Positions 12,687 to 23,152 of a stretch of 64,000 bases of DNA are shown here, piece by piece. The notes beneath the pieces are model-generated. The model made no database searches, was not told where the DNA came from, and saw only the letters and a list, made by a program, of their open reading frames with translations. A program made the translations under genes and the position numbers. The stretch comes from Phoronis australis (Eukaryota > Animalia > Phoronida). Each line of letters begins with the position of its first letter. Position 1 is the stretch's first letter. The stretch is taken from positions 5,921 through 69,920 of the forward strand of contig NMRA01000927.1 of assembly GCA_002633005.1 (NCBI GenBank). Reading direction: 5' to 3'.

Positions 12687-13715
12687 AACAAGTGACTGCA
12701 GATCACTGAAGTTTTGTTTGCAGGCACTAATTTCCTCTAAAATCAGTTACCTATGTTCATAAAAAGCATGCATATTAAACAAATTGTGGGTCATAACTAT
12801 TAAAATTTAATTAATAACTTTTTGTTACACAATCCTATTTGCTTTTCATCAAATTCAGGTGAAATCAGCAGCCAAATTCCCAATACATGCCAGCAGCAGA
12901 CGAAATCGATGCTTGGGAACAACTAATAATATCTCCAATAACAGAGAAAAAAGCCACTTCCTGCCCTATTTTATTAAGGGTTTGTATAATGAATAAGCCA
13001 ATAACTCCACCAGAATAACACATTTTTCTAAAAAATATTATTTTTAATACCTCAAATGAATATATTTTACAGAAAAATATATGAGTTTGTAAAATTTATT
13101 ATGAAAATTTAACTAAAGCCTTTTCTGAAAAACACACCAACTTTTATGTTATATAATCTAAAATGTGATTAAAATTCCACATTTAATATATAAATCTTAA
13201 AAACAAAATTATAGAAACAAACAACTCATTAACCCTGACTGTAGATTGTAAAATGTTTTTGTGTAAATGCGTATCAGGTTACAAACAAAGTTTGCAGAAC
13301 GTAAATGCGGTAAATTGGGGTTTTTGAATTGGCAGCCATTTTGGCGGCCATTTTGTCAGCCATCTTGATTTTTTTCTCGCAAAACAGTGACCAATTGTAA
13401 GGTCCAGACATTTTCATACTGTCTAACTTACAAAAGAGTAAAACTTTTGCATTTTCAGGGCAAAATATAAAAAGAAATCTTGCAACATGTACCAAATTGC
13501 CGTTTCGGCCGCCATTTTGTCGGCCATATTGGTTTTATTTTACGGAAAATTGGCATCTCTTGATTGATATGCCTGTTATGAAAAGTATATAAGCAATGAC
13601 AAACTTTATTGTTTTATTTTTAGCTGTTACATAAGAGTAATATGCCAGAAAACAGTATAGCTGGCTGGCTATATTTTCCTGTACCGATGTAAAATAAACA
13701 TTTTACTGACTTACT

Positions 13716-13850
13716 CATGGGCGGCGCATCACTGAAATAAGTGTGGGGCTATAGCCCCATCCCCCTCTGGTGCTCGCCGCCCATGCCCATGGGCGGCGTA
13801 GCACTGAAATAAGTGGGGAGACTATGGCCTCCCCAGCCCCCTATAGAGCC
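13716..13850. mobile_element. 70-bp mini-element with CATGGGCGGCG TIRs followed by a second partial copy
   Basis: CATGGGCGGCG (13716) ... CGCCGCCCATG (ends 13785); then CATGGGCGGCGTAGCACTGAAATAAGTG repeats the start. Confidence 0.6.
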
Positions 13851-14095
13851 CACAGGCCTGTGATAGAGCCCAACCCTTGTTACTTCACTTACTTTAGTTA
13901 ACGGAAATCCATGTCGACTGTCTTGTAAGTCTTTTACACTGACCTCAATCGGCCAGCACCACACTTTCCAGTCTCTTGTTTAGCATTCTTCAGACAGCTA
14001 CTCTGTTACTTCTTGTTCTCTAGTTCCTACTCTTTTCTATCTTTGTATGATTCTATCAACTCCAACATCCAAGACTGTACTATGCGAATCGCGAA

Positions 14096-17000
14096 ATGTG
14101 TTTCACGCGCAAAACACGTACGCAGAAAATGGTTGTTCTAAGCAATAGGCTTAGTTGCCTCAAGTGTGCTATTGTATGTTTTGCATTACTTCCTCAGTCA
14201 ATGGGAGACATCATTGAGGTTGTGCCTGATGACATTGAAGTTCGTGAGGGTAGCACTACAAACGTGTCAATTCGGCAACGTTCGGCGAACTTCGGCCGAA
14301 TTAAAAGATCTTGGACTGCAATAATTAGGTTTGTGCATGGTGACATTACAGTTCTTGAGGGTACCACTACAAACCTGACAATTAAGCGATATTTTACGGA
14401 GACCAACGTACTTTTAAGGGCATGGTGGAGCATTCATACATTGGGAGGAAATAGTTATCCTTATAAAGATTTCTTAGAATATTCTGGATCTGTTTTGTTT
14501 GAGATGCATCAAGAGACAGCCGTGTTCCCCTTGACCGTTATAAATGACGATCACACAGAATATATTGAAAAGTTTCGTATAAATCTGGGAAAAGCATATC
14601 GACACGACATTAGGATACACGATGCAATCACTATAACCGTTCCACCAAACGACCATCCATATGGTTTGTTTTACATACCCGAAAGATATCGCTTCGTGTA
14701 CTTAAATGAGCTCGGCAATAACCGTTCGCAAATCACCGTTGAGCGCAAATACGGTCAACTAGGGGGAGTGACTGTTTTCTATCGCGTGATGTACCGACCT
14801 TCCGATAGATTTGTTCAGGAGCTTAAGGATATCCAGCGTGCAGACAAAGACGACTTTGACTATACCAAACTGGAAGGAGCATTGGAGTTTAAATGGAAGG
14901 AAAGCAGTAAGGTGATTAATATCGATATAAAAAAGGACTCTGTGCAAGAAGACAATGAATATTTTGAGATTCGAATTCTAAAGTGCAATGCTACGGTCTT
15001 ATATGCAGCCATCGGGAATGTACCTGTCTTTATCGACCAACAACAATCCCACAGCACGGTTGTCATAGTTCAAGACGAACATCCTTGTGGTCTATTTTCT
15101 CTGTGGCCACCAAATAAAACATTGAGCGAGAATTCCGTTACGACCACGATAAAAGTTTTTAGATCTTCAGGTTATTTGGGCAACGTGACCGTTAGCATGG
15201 TTGTGTTGGCAGCGGAAGGAAACATCAAGGATCGTATAAATGTCACGTTCAACGAAACTCAACAAGAAATTGAAGTTCACGTGGTCCTGCGCAAAGATTC
15301 CAAGGACAACAGACGCGATCATGTAACTACAATTTACATAGACAACCTTATTGTAGAATTGAAAGGTACAAACATTACCAATGACAGTCAGTCGTGGGCA
15401 GAGATTAGTCAGAACTCATCTTGTCAGTTTCAGTTTCAGTTTACAATTTCAAAACCACCAAAAATTTCCATACCCACAGAAGTGGTTACAAACAAGTCAG
15501 ACTGGAACAAAATGCCAAAAATGCCAAAGCGATTGCGAGTTGTAGAAAATGACGTCGTGGCATGGTTGCTTCCCCTGGGCATCATTGTTGGTGGCCTTAT
15601 TACAACTCTTTTCGTAATATTAATTTCAAAGTACATGCACGTGCCCACAGGAATTCCGGCAAGTAATGAAGAGCATACTTTTGAACACAAATTGATTAAA
15701 GAAGCTACCAACGATCTTATCAACAACGGAGAACTTTTCACTCTTGAGAAGCTGCTCAACATGTATGAGGAATTTTGTAGCGAACACGAAAATGGAAGCG
15801 ATATTCAAACGGACTTCGTGTTGATTCGTGAAGCAAAAGAGAAGATAGCACTTGTAAGGCGAGGTGCCACTGAAATTGCTGCCGAAAAGGAAACGATGGA
15901 ATTACTGAAAGAGGCAATTGAGAGAAACGACACTTCGGCTCTCGAGGACATTTTGACTAAACACGAATTATTTCTTATGAACCTGAAGTGGATCACACCT
16001 AAGGAAAGCTCTAGTGACGACAAAATTGTTCAGCAGAAACACGACCTTCTCAAGGAACTTGTAGACGAAGCACTACAAGTTAGTAAGTGTCCAGTTGTTG
16101 AAAAGTCTTTGGATGAATATTTACAGTTTGTGATAGAGCACAAGGAAAAGATTGTTGCTGACCAAGATCTTATCACTCGCGCAAATGACTTCATCAGAAA
16201 AAGTCAGCTACATGCCTATCACCAAAGATTAAGACACAAATTACGCGGTGCTATTCAAAAGCAGGATATAGGCAAAGTGCAAGCATTTCTTGAAAATTAC
16301 CAGGTGTTTGTATCTGAAAATGAACAAGAGATTGTACCAGACAAGGAGCTCTGTAACGAGGCATCTGCCTACGTGTTTCCTTCAAATGTGCAACTTGAGA
16401 GTGACGAAGAAAGTGCGTTTACGGTACCCGAATCAGTAGCCCACGAAATCTCCAATGAACCTCCATCTGGATCGCCCGAAAACTTGCTTGAAAACGAAAT
16501 ACAGGAAGAAGTCGACCAACCAAGACTGGACACGTCAGATGCAGTTACAGTAGAGCATAGCGTACCCAGTGAACCCTCTGTGGAAAAGAATATGATGATA
16601 CTGGGAGCGTCGGATGCAGCCGTAGAAGGCCAGGGTGAATCCAATAAAGACCCTGTAATGTTTGAAACGTCAGATGCAGTCATAGAAGTACAGGACCTAT
16701 CTATTGAAGCTCCTGTTGAAGAGAAGATATTAATTCAAACAGCCTTGGATGCGTATCTTTTATGGCGAAAATCAACAAAAGAAAATGAAAATCTCTCGTG
16801 TTTAAGTGAGGATTGCGATGATTTTATCAAAATGCTTTTGGAGCTCGTTCATGACAACCATGATGAGCAAGATGCCATTACTCGGCTTTTTACAGGCGGT
16901 ACTAATATAGAAGTTTCTAAGATTGCAGAAATTCCTAATTCGTTTGTTGAATTAAAGTCTTTTGTTTCGAACAAACCAGAACTGTTCCAATCAAAATCCG

Positions 17001-18277
17001 ATATCTTAAACACAATTGACCGGGCTTCAGATTTTGCGAAAATGCTTCATCGGTACGGCTCATTAAGATGTGATTTGATGAAAGCCGTTGATGCGAAGGC
17101 TTACGATGATTTACAAGCCACAGTTGCTGAGTATTCCCAGTACATTTCTGCTGATAAACTCGAGAATGTGGCAGACAAACAGTGTTTGGCTTCAGCCAAA
17201 CAGCTAATCGAAGACCTAGAAAATGAAATAAGACGCCAAAACCTAATGGAAGAGAGGAGCGAACTCGGCAAAAAATTGAAAAGCATTGTCCTGAATGGTA
17301 AAGCGGGTCTTGAGAAAGTTCACACTGATGATGTAGATGCCGTAACGGATGATAAGATTTGTATTGAAAGAGCTTTAGAAGCATACTTACAATTCACTGC
17401 CAAGCACGAGATCGAATCAGAAGGTAAGGATATCTCGGAGGCAAACGTTACTTTACATGAACTAGGACTTCTGATTGAGAACATGGGTACGGCAATAACC
17501 TTGAAAGATAATCTTTCGAATGTGCTTTGTTCAAGTCAGGAAGCTGTGATTTCGAGCGCTTTGCAAAACTATGTTGAATTTATCAAGTCGTGTAAGAACA
17601 AAATTGTTGCTGACAAAAATCTGATTAATCAATCACAAGGCGCGATTCGCTTAATTCGCCTGAAAGACAATTTACATGAAGCCTGGCTCAGTAGAGACAT
17701 CAAAACACTCGACTTAGCAATTGAAGAAGCCGACAAAAGTCTCTTAGAGGAAAAACTTGAACCAGATCTAGGAGTGGCTCGACGCCTGAGAGACAATTTG
17801 AGGCGCATCGAGCAGTTAAAATCGGCCATTCTCAACTTATCGAGAGCCACCATGATGGAGATAAGGGATTACAGAGAGCCACCGAAAGTAGTACATGACG
17901 TCATGGTAGCAGTGCTTCTGGTTCTTGGCGACGCTGAAACAGAGACGCGCGACTGGGCCACTTGCCAGAAGCTGTGTTGCTCTGTGCGAACGTCCACCTA
18001 TCCGGGTCTAATGAAGCGGGTGCAAGAATACAACTTTAAAGATCTGGAACCAGAAATTGCAGCTCGCGGAGAAAAGATCCTCGAGAGTTTTACCGAGGAC
18101 GACGTAAACAGTGTCAGCCACGGCGCTTACGTGTTCTATGTATGGGCGTTGAACATGTGCAAACAATGTCTGGCACTCGTAGATTACGCTCCTCGGCCCG
18201 CTAGCCGATCCAGGCAACATTCACTGCTATCCAATAAAAAGCGACTATCGACAGATCGAAGAGATAGACAACCATAA
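14096..18277 (+). CDS. Single-pass membrane protein: signal peptide, 3 Calx-beta domains, TM, helical repeats, C-terminal dynein-stalk-head (MTBD)-like domain
   Basis: Uninterrupted 1393-aa ORF. Signal peptide from M12 (ATG 14129, better context). Calx-beta motifs VINDDHTEYIEKFRINL, NDHPYGLF, IDIKKDSVQEDNEYFEIRI, DEHPCGLF. TM VVAWLLPLGIIVGGLITTLFVILI (15554-15625). N-glycosylation sequons concentrated N-terminal to the TM. C-terminal MEIRDYREPPKVVHDVMVAVLLVLG...W...VSHGAYVFYVW. Confidence 0.9.
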   Translation: MCFTRKTRTQKMVVLSNRLSCLKCAIVCFALLPQSMGDIIEVVPDDIEVREGSTTNVSIRQRSANFGRIKRSWTAIIRFVHGDITVLEGTTTNLTIKRYFTETNVLLRAWWSIHTLGGNSYPYKDFLEYSGSVLFEMHQETAVFPLTVINDDHTEYIEKFRINLGKAYRHDIRIHDAITITVPPNDHPYGLFYIPERYRFVYLNELGNNRSQITVERKYGQLGGVTVFYRVMYRPSDRFVQELKDIQRADKDDFDYTKLEGALEFKWKESSKVINIDIKKDSVQEDNEYFEIRILKCNATVLYAAIGNVPVFIDQQQSHSTVVIVQDEHPCGLFSLWPPNKTLSENSVTTTIKVFRSSGYLGNVTVSMVVLAAEGNIKDRINVTFNETQQEIEVHVVLRKDSKDNRRDHVTTIYIDNLIVELKGTNITNDSQSWAEISQNSSCQFQFQFTISKPPKISIPTEVVTNKSDWNKMPKMPKRLRVVENDVVAWLLPLGIIVGGLITTLFVILISKYMHVPTGIPASNEEHTFEHKLIKEATNDLINNGELFTLEKLLNMYEEFCSEHENGSDIQTDFVLIREAKEKIALVRRGATEIAAEKETMELLKEAIERNDTSALEDILTKHELFLMNLKWITPKESSSDDKIVQQKHDLLKELVDEALQVSKCPVVEKSLDEYLQFVIEHKEKIVADQDLITRANDFIRKSQLHAYHQRLRHKLRGAIQKQDIGKVQAFLENYQVFVSENEQEIVPDKELCNEASAYVFPSNVQLESDEESAFTVPESVAHEISNEPPSGSPENLLENEIQEEVDQPRLDTSDAVTVEHSVPSEPSVEKNMMILGASDAAVEGQGESNKDPVMFETSDAVIEVQDLSIEAPVEEKILIQTALDAYLLWRKSTKENENLSCLSEDCDDFIKMLLELVHDNHDEQDAITRLFTGGTNIEVSKIAEIPNSFVELKSFVSNKPELFQSKSDILNTIDRASDFAKMLHRYGSLRCDLMKAVDAKAYDDLQATVAEYSQYISADKLENVADKQCLASAKQLIEDLENEIRRQNLMEERSELGKKLKSIVLNGKAGLEKVHTDDVDAVTDDKICIERALEAYLQFTAKHEIESEGKDISEANVTLHELGLLIENMGTAITLKDNLSNVLCSSQEAVISSALQNYVEFIKSCKNKIVADKNLINQSQGAIRLIRLKDNLHEAWLSRDIKTLDLAIEEADKSLLEEKLEPDLGVARRLRDNLRRIEQLKSAILNLSRATMMEIRDYREPPKVVHDVMVAVLLVLGDAETETRDWATCQKLCCSVRTSTYPGLMKRVQEYNFKDLEPEIAARGEKILESFTEDDVNSVSHGAYVFYVWALNMCKQCLALVDYAPRPASRSRQHSLLSNKKRLSTDRRDRQP

Positions 18278-18549
18278 ATTGTGCCAGATCAGTAGAGATT
18301 GAATTCGCAATTAACTGTCATTCCGCGAGAGCTCCAAAAGGTCGTATCTACTCGGGTAACCGACCCAGATCTTGAAAAAATGTGTGCACATACATTCTGG
18401 TGGGATGTGTTCAAAATGCTTATTAAAACTTTTTGGGCCATTATTTTTTAAATTGGAGCATCATGAATATTTTGGCCCAAAGTAGCTCATTTTTGTCTCA
18501 AAAAGGTTCAGTTAGTGAAGTTATTTTAAAAGGACTTTTTCATATAAGC

Positions 18550-19015
18550 ATTTTATTTTTAAATACACTATGATATACAACAATGGGGTATATGCAAATG
18601 AAACACAGGCATACTCACGCACACACGCGCCTCCGCGCGCGCGTATCTAAATAATAGAACTTCACGGTTGATCTAATCTAAATAAGTATTGAGAGTTTCC
18701 CAAAAGGTAGTTTTACGGGGTTGTATATTTCTTACTTTACAATAATTATACAAGAAACATTGAAATTGTGAATATCTAGAAATAATCTGGTCTCTAGAAG
18801 ATTTATGAATGAAATACTGGCAAATAGATAATATGGTACTCATATCTTCAAAATTACATCCAAAATATGCTGCCAAAATAACATTTTTATCTAAGATTAA
18901 ATCGTATTGTGCAGTTACGTAAATTAAAAGTTTTTGAACCTCACACCACAAAGTTTTCTCAGAACCACATTCCACAAACACATGGTTAAAAGTTTCACAT
19001 ATTTGTTGTGCTTAT
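18550..19015 (-). mobile_element. 3' fragment of an L1/Tx1-type LINE (C-terminal zinc-knuckle region of ORF2)
   Basis: Minus frame CETFNHVFVECGSEKTLW...ILSICQYFIHKS, matching the ET..H.F..C.....W zf-RVT pattern. Confidence 0.6.
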
Positions 19016-22000
19016 GCAGACAGTGAACCTCTCTATCAGAGGACAGTCTGAATTTTTAAAGGGGTTTCCGTTAAACTTCAACGGAGTGCCAAAACTCTGT
19101 AAATTTTGTCCCATTTTGTGTCTTTGACTTTTAGCCATTTTTTTGAGATGTTATGGGGCCAGTTTGTGGGGTACTGGTGATTTCATTGATATTTTTCATG
19201 AATTTGCTGTCTAAGAAAATAAAGAATAAAAAAGTATGGGCTTTTTGTTTTCAAGCATCAGCTGATAGAAAAGACATACCATCGCGTATTATAATGTGCC
19301 TGACCACGAGCAGTATGCATAAACCTCAGTCATAAAGGGGCTTCATTAATTTTTGCAAATATGTTTCTATGGTGATCAAATCAGTCGACGTCAATTTTAA
19401 GATACTTTGACTACTGTTGGCCTCCTGGTGGCAGTTTCTATAACTAGATTTCTATGGTGAAATTTCATGAAATTTGACCAAAACGTTTCCATTGAGGAAA
19501 CGATGGCACATGCATGTTTGAGAACGGCGTTTCAATGTTAATCTAATTCTGTTACGATATTTTATTTTCTGTCTATTATTGTACCTGAGGATGCCTTGAG
19601 TGATATCGAAAAGTCCTTTACATGGAGCAGTTTGCGCCGATTTTTTCTCCACGTCTTACTTCTAGTTTAGCCAAAATCTAATATTATTTACATGCATGTT
19701 TTCGAATGAGTCTAACCTGTGCCGACACACCGGAAACCGTTCAAGCGTCTAACATGTGCCCCCGTCAACTGCTAACTGGTGCCCCGGTAACGCCCACCTT
19801 ACTACCTGATAATCATTACATAAAACATATAAAGTCACTTTAATCTGAATTTTGCCATTTTACATGATCCTAATCGTTTAACCTATTCCACCCAAATCTG
19901 ATTTTGTCACTTGTTGTCACAGTCCAATGAGAGATAAAAATGACATCTCTTAAAATTATTGGACACAAGGGTTTCAAAATTTTCATCGTAGCTAAGGCCT
20001 ACACCCAACAAAGTGATCTCAGTAAAAATTAATACTAAGATGATCCTAACAGCCTTTCGCCACAGTAAGTAACTTAGAATCTACTTTGAAATTTTTCAGA
20101 AATACAGGGTGAACTAAGCTCATGTTAAGTATGAAAGTAGACATGCAGAATTATTACCATGGCGACTGAGTGCCAGATGAAACTTTTCGTACTTGAAGTA
20201 GAAATTGACCAGCATGTTAATAAATAATATGAAGCTTTAATCCAAATGTAACCCTATGCTGTAAATAAAGTATTACTAAGATTTTTCACATTTTGTTGCT
20301 TTGATATATCTTGAAGTAGAAAGTAACTAGTTACAAAACATGAATCAAAAGCGCATTTTGTGCATAGAAAAATATGTATTCTGTTGTGACGCAAAATCAT
20401 ACCTTGAACAGCAGTTGACTTTCAAACAAAAAACGATTTCAGAACGAATTCAAAAGAATTTAGCAGAATGCAAGGTCAATTGAATGGCACTTCACATTGA
20501 GATAAATAAAAGATTCATGATAGGTATGGAACAAGCATCGGTAAACTGTACAAAACTGCTTTTTGTACCAGTGGGTCTACAAAGATATTGTTGTTAAATA
20601 TTCATGACAATGTAGTCTGTTGAACATGCCTTTCAGTTCAGAAAAGTCGCCATGTTTTCCAACGTGAATTGTGAGCACTTTAACCACTCAATTCAAAAAG
20701 TTACACCTGCGTGATTAAATTCTGATGTAAACTCTTGGATTGTGCAGAATGGCAGGTAAAGAAATGTGTTACCTTACTAAATATTATTGCTAGAATATTT
20801 GTGAAAATAAGAACTTTAAATCTGTAACTTATTCTGCTGACATCACAAGATGGCCGACTCGACAGAAATAAAGTGATTCAAAATTTGACCCATAAACAGC
20901 GATAACTTTTGAATGCACCATGCGATTTTGATAATTGTTTCGTTTTTTTTTTATTTCAGACATTGATGCCTTTCCTGTGGTGGAGGTTGTTGTCTTCAAA
21001 GTGAAAAAATAAATTTCGGTTCGACCGCTTAATTAACACAGTCTTGAACCCTTAATTCAAACGAATTTTTTATAAATAACAGTTGAATTGTCTTGAAATA
21101 TTGCACAAATCGGAATATTTTATAACGAATCACATGAATTATTCATGTCAGCCTAACAATTGCCTCTAACGTCGTCAACCGTTTTGGGTATTGGCACCAG
21201 GCAAATATGTCGTCACTTTTGCCAGTGTGATCTGTGATCCACAGTCATTTATGAACGCTCAATGGGTGAAATGGTAATATGGACATGTCATACAGCATTA
21301 TGCTCCCTAAAATGTTGATTCTCATTAATCATCTTTCTTGAAACCATTTTAAATGCAACGAATAATATTTGTTTTAAAATGTAGACTACACAACATCGGG
21401 TCATTTTTTGTTCTAAAACAAAACATGAAAAAAGGCCATTCGAGATTTTTTTTTCACATATCCAAGAACTATCCAAAAACATAAATTTCAATGTCCACAG
21501 CCCCGCAAACTGTCTTGTAGAATTACATCAGTTTTTGTGTGCATTACTAGACATATCTGTACATTATAACAAAAATACATCTTGTTCAAGGAAGTTCTTT
21601 CCTCACAGCTGTCCATTACATTGCCCCATACCACGGTCATTATTGCGCCATTGCCCATTTGGCACACTCTGTAAGCAGCGCCAAGCTGATCCATACTAAT
21701 TCGAGAAGAGCCTCACGAATTTTAAGCTCCTTTGTTGTTAGACCAGGCAGTAACTCCAAACAGCCCAGAAGAGAATCCTCCGGAATATATCAAAATTCCA
21801 GTTATAATGCTCACACGTTATGACTTATGCGTAAGACCACAGATTTGGTCTAGGGAAAATATACGGAGTTGGTGGTCCATGTACTATAGTATGTGATGCC
21901 ACGATACTTACGAGATTTTCTTAATCATTCGGTTCTTAACAACTCGTGTTTTTATCCATTATATTTTGTAGTCACAATATAATAAGTTATATCAATCATT

Positions 22001-23036
22001 TTCACCCTCCTCCCTCATAAGTTTTGATTTAAAATCTCCCAACTTCATTATTCCAACTAATGTTTTTAAATTCTGCATTCAGTTCATTTATACCAACTTT
22101 GAATGAAATGAGCAGCGTTGTTATTCACTTCATATTAGCTAACTGAAACCTCAGAAACTAAAGAGAATGCATGGTGGGAACTCTTTGAGAATAATCTTTG
22201 TCTCAAATAGAGTCTTTACCACAGCGACTTTTCCAAAAAGAGAAATTTTCTACACTAAATTTTTATAATATTATTTACTTCGTCAAGTTTGTCATTGAAT
22301 TTGATTTCAATCATTTTCTAAGCCAACGCTGAAGATTATATATAGCACTCTAAAATCGATTATTGCCCATTCCAATTTACATGTCGAATGGTTGAAAAAT
22401 CCATTCATTTTTTATTTTCCATTGTTTTGGAATGGTTTACCCTCGAAGCAGACAACTTTGCGTGTTCACTCAGAACCTCCACATGTCATCGTTATTGGAT
22501 ATGTTTTTCTTGTTGAGGGCCCTCTTGGAAAGCAGTGCTATCACTGAAGAGGCCACCTTCATTTTAAATATCACAATAATAAATAAAAATAAATGTACAA
22601 GGAGCAATTTCACTGAACCAAAGAGTGTTCCAGTAACACCTCAGTGGTAGTAATAGGAACTTTATAGTCTTTGATAACACTGACAAATATGTAGTGTTAC
22701 ATTGGCGCAGTTTGTTATTGGATGGAAGATGCACTCAAAATTTCAAGGGTTTAGCTTGGAGCCAAAAGGCATTAAACGTTTGTTTCTGCAATCCTAATCC
22801 CCGTCGTTCAATTTCAGTTTAAATTTAACGTCCGAAATGACGCAGCACGCTTTCTCAAAAAGCATGTTTGATTAAGATTTTGAAATTTAACTTTTTAATT
22901 TTTCAAGTTTCCCCAACAAAATGACCGCAACAGTTGAATGACACTGTATTTCACTATTGAACAAAATTTCATCAAAACCTCAAGCGTTGTTGGAAACAAA
23001 GCTGAATAGAATTTCTTTTAGCCTACAGTTGTATTT

Positions 23037-23152
23037 GCATTCTCCTAACTGTGCAAATGTTTAGCAGAAACTAGACGACAATGCTATTTTAACAAGCATC
23101 TCCTAACTATGCAAATGTTTAGCAGAAACTAGACGGCAATGCTATTTTAACA
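23037..23152. repeat. Tandem duplication of ~59 bp
   Basis: GCAT(T)CTCCTAACT(G/A)TGCAAATGTTTAGCAGAAACTAGACG(A/G)CAATGCTATTTTAACA twice. Confidence 0.9.

Larger units (their letters stand above)
5422..13671 (-). mobile_element. Decayed Academ (AcademX-type) DNA transposon, internally duplicated in this assembly
   Basis: Right end ...TATAGCTGGCTGGCTA (13671); inverted subterminal CAAGATGGC(G/T)GACAAAATGGCCGCC motifs at ~5876 and ~13345; internal pseudo-ORF with Academ-type motifs; left boundary approximate. Confidence 0.7.

Noticed and set aside
14194-18220. Several antisense ORFs within the large CDS
   Set aside because: Shadow ORFs of the coding strand
14096-18277. Calling the ORF ADGRV1, a Na/Ca exchanger or a dynein heavy chain
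   Set aside because: No GPS/7TM, no exchanger alpha-repeats, no AAA+ motifs; only individual domains are shared
21170-21800. Possible decayed transposase (MULE-like) on the minus strand, and splice-like sites at ~20756/20958
   Set aside because: Only weak motif echoes, many stops, no termini identified
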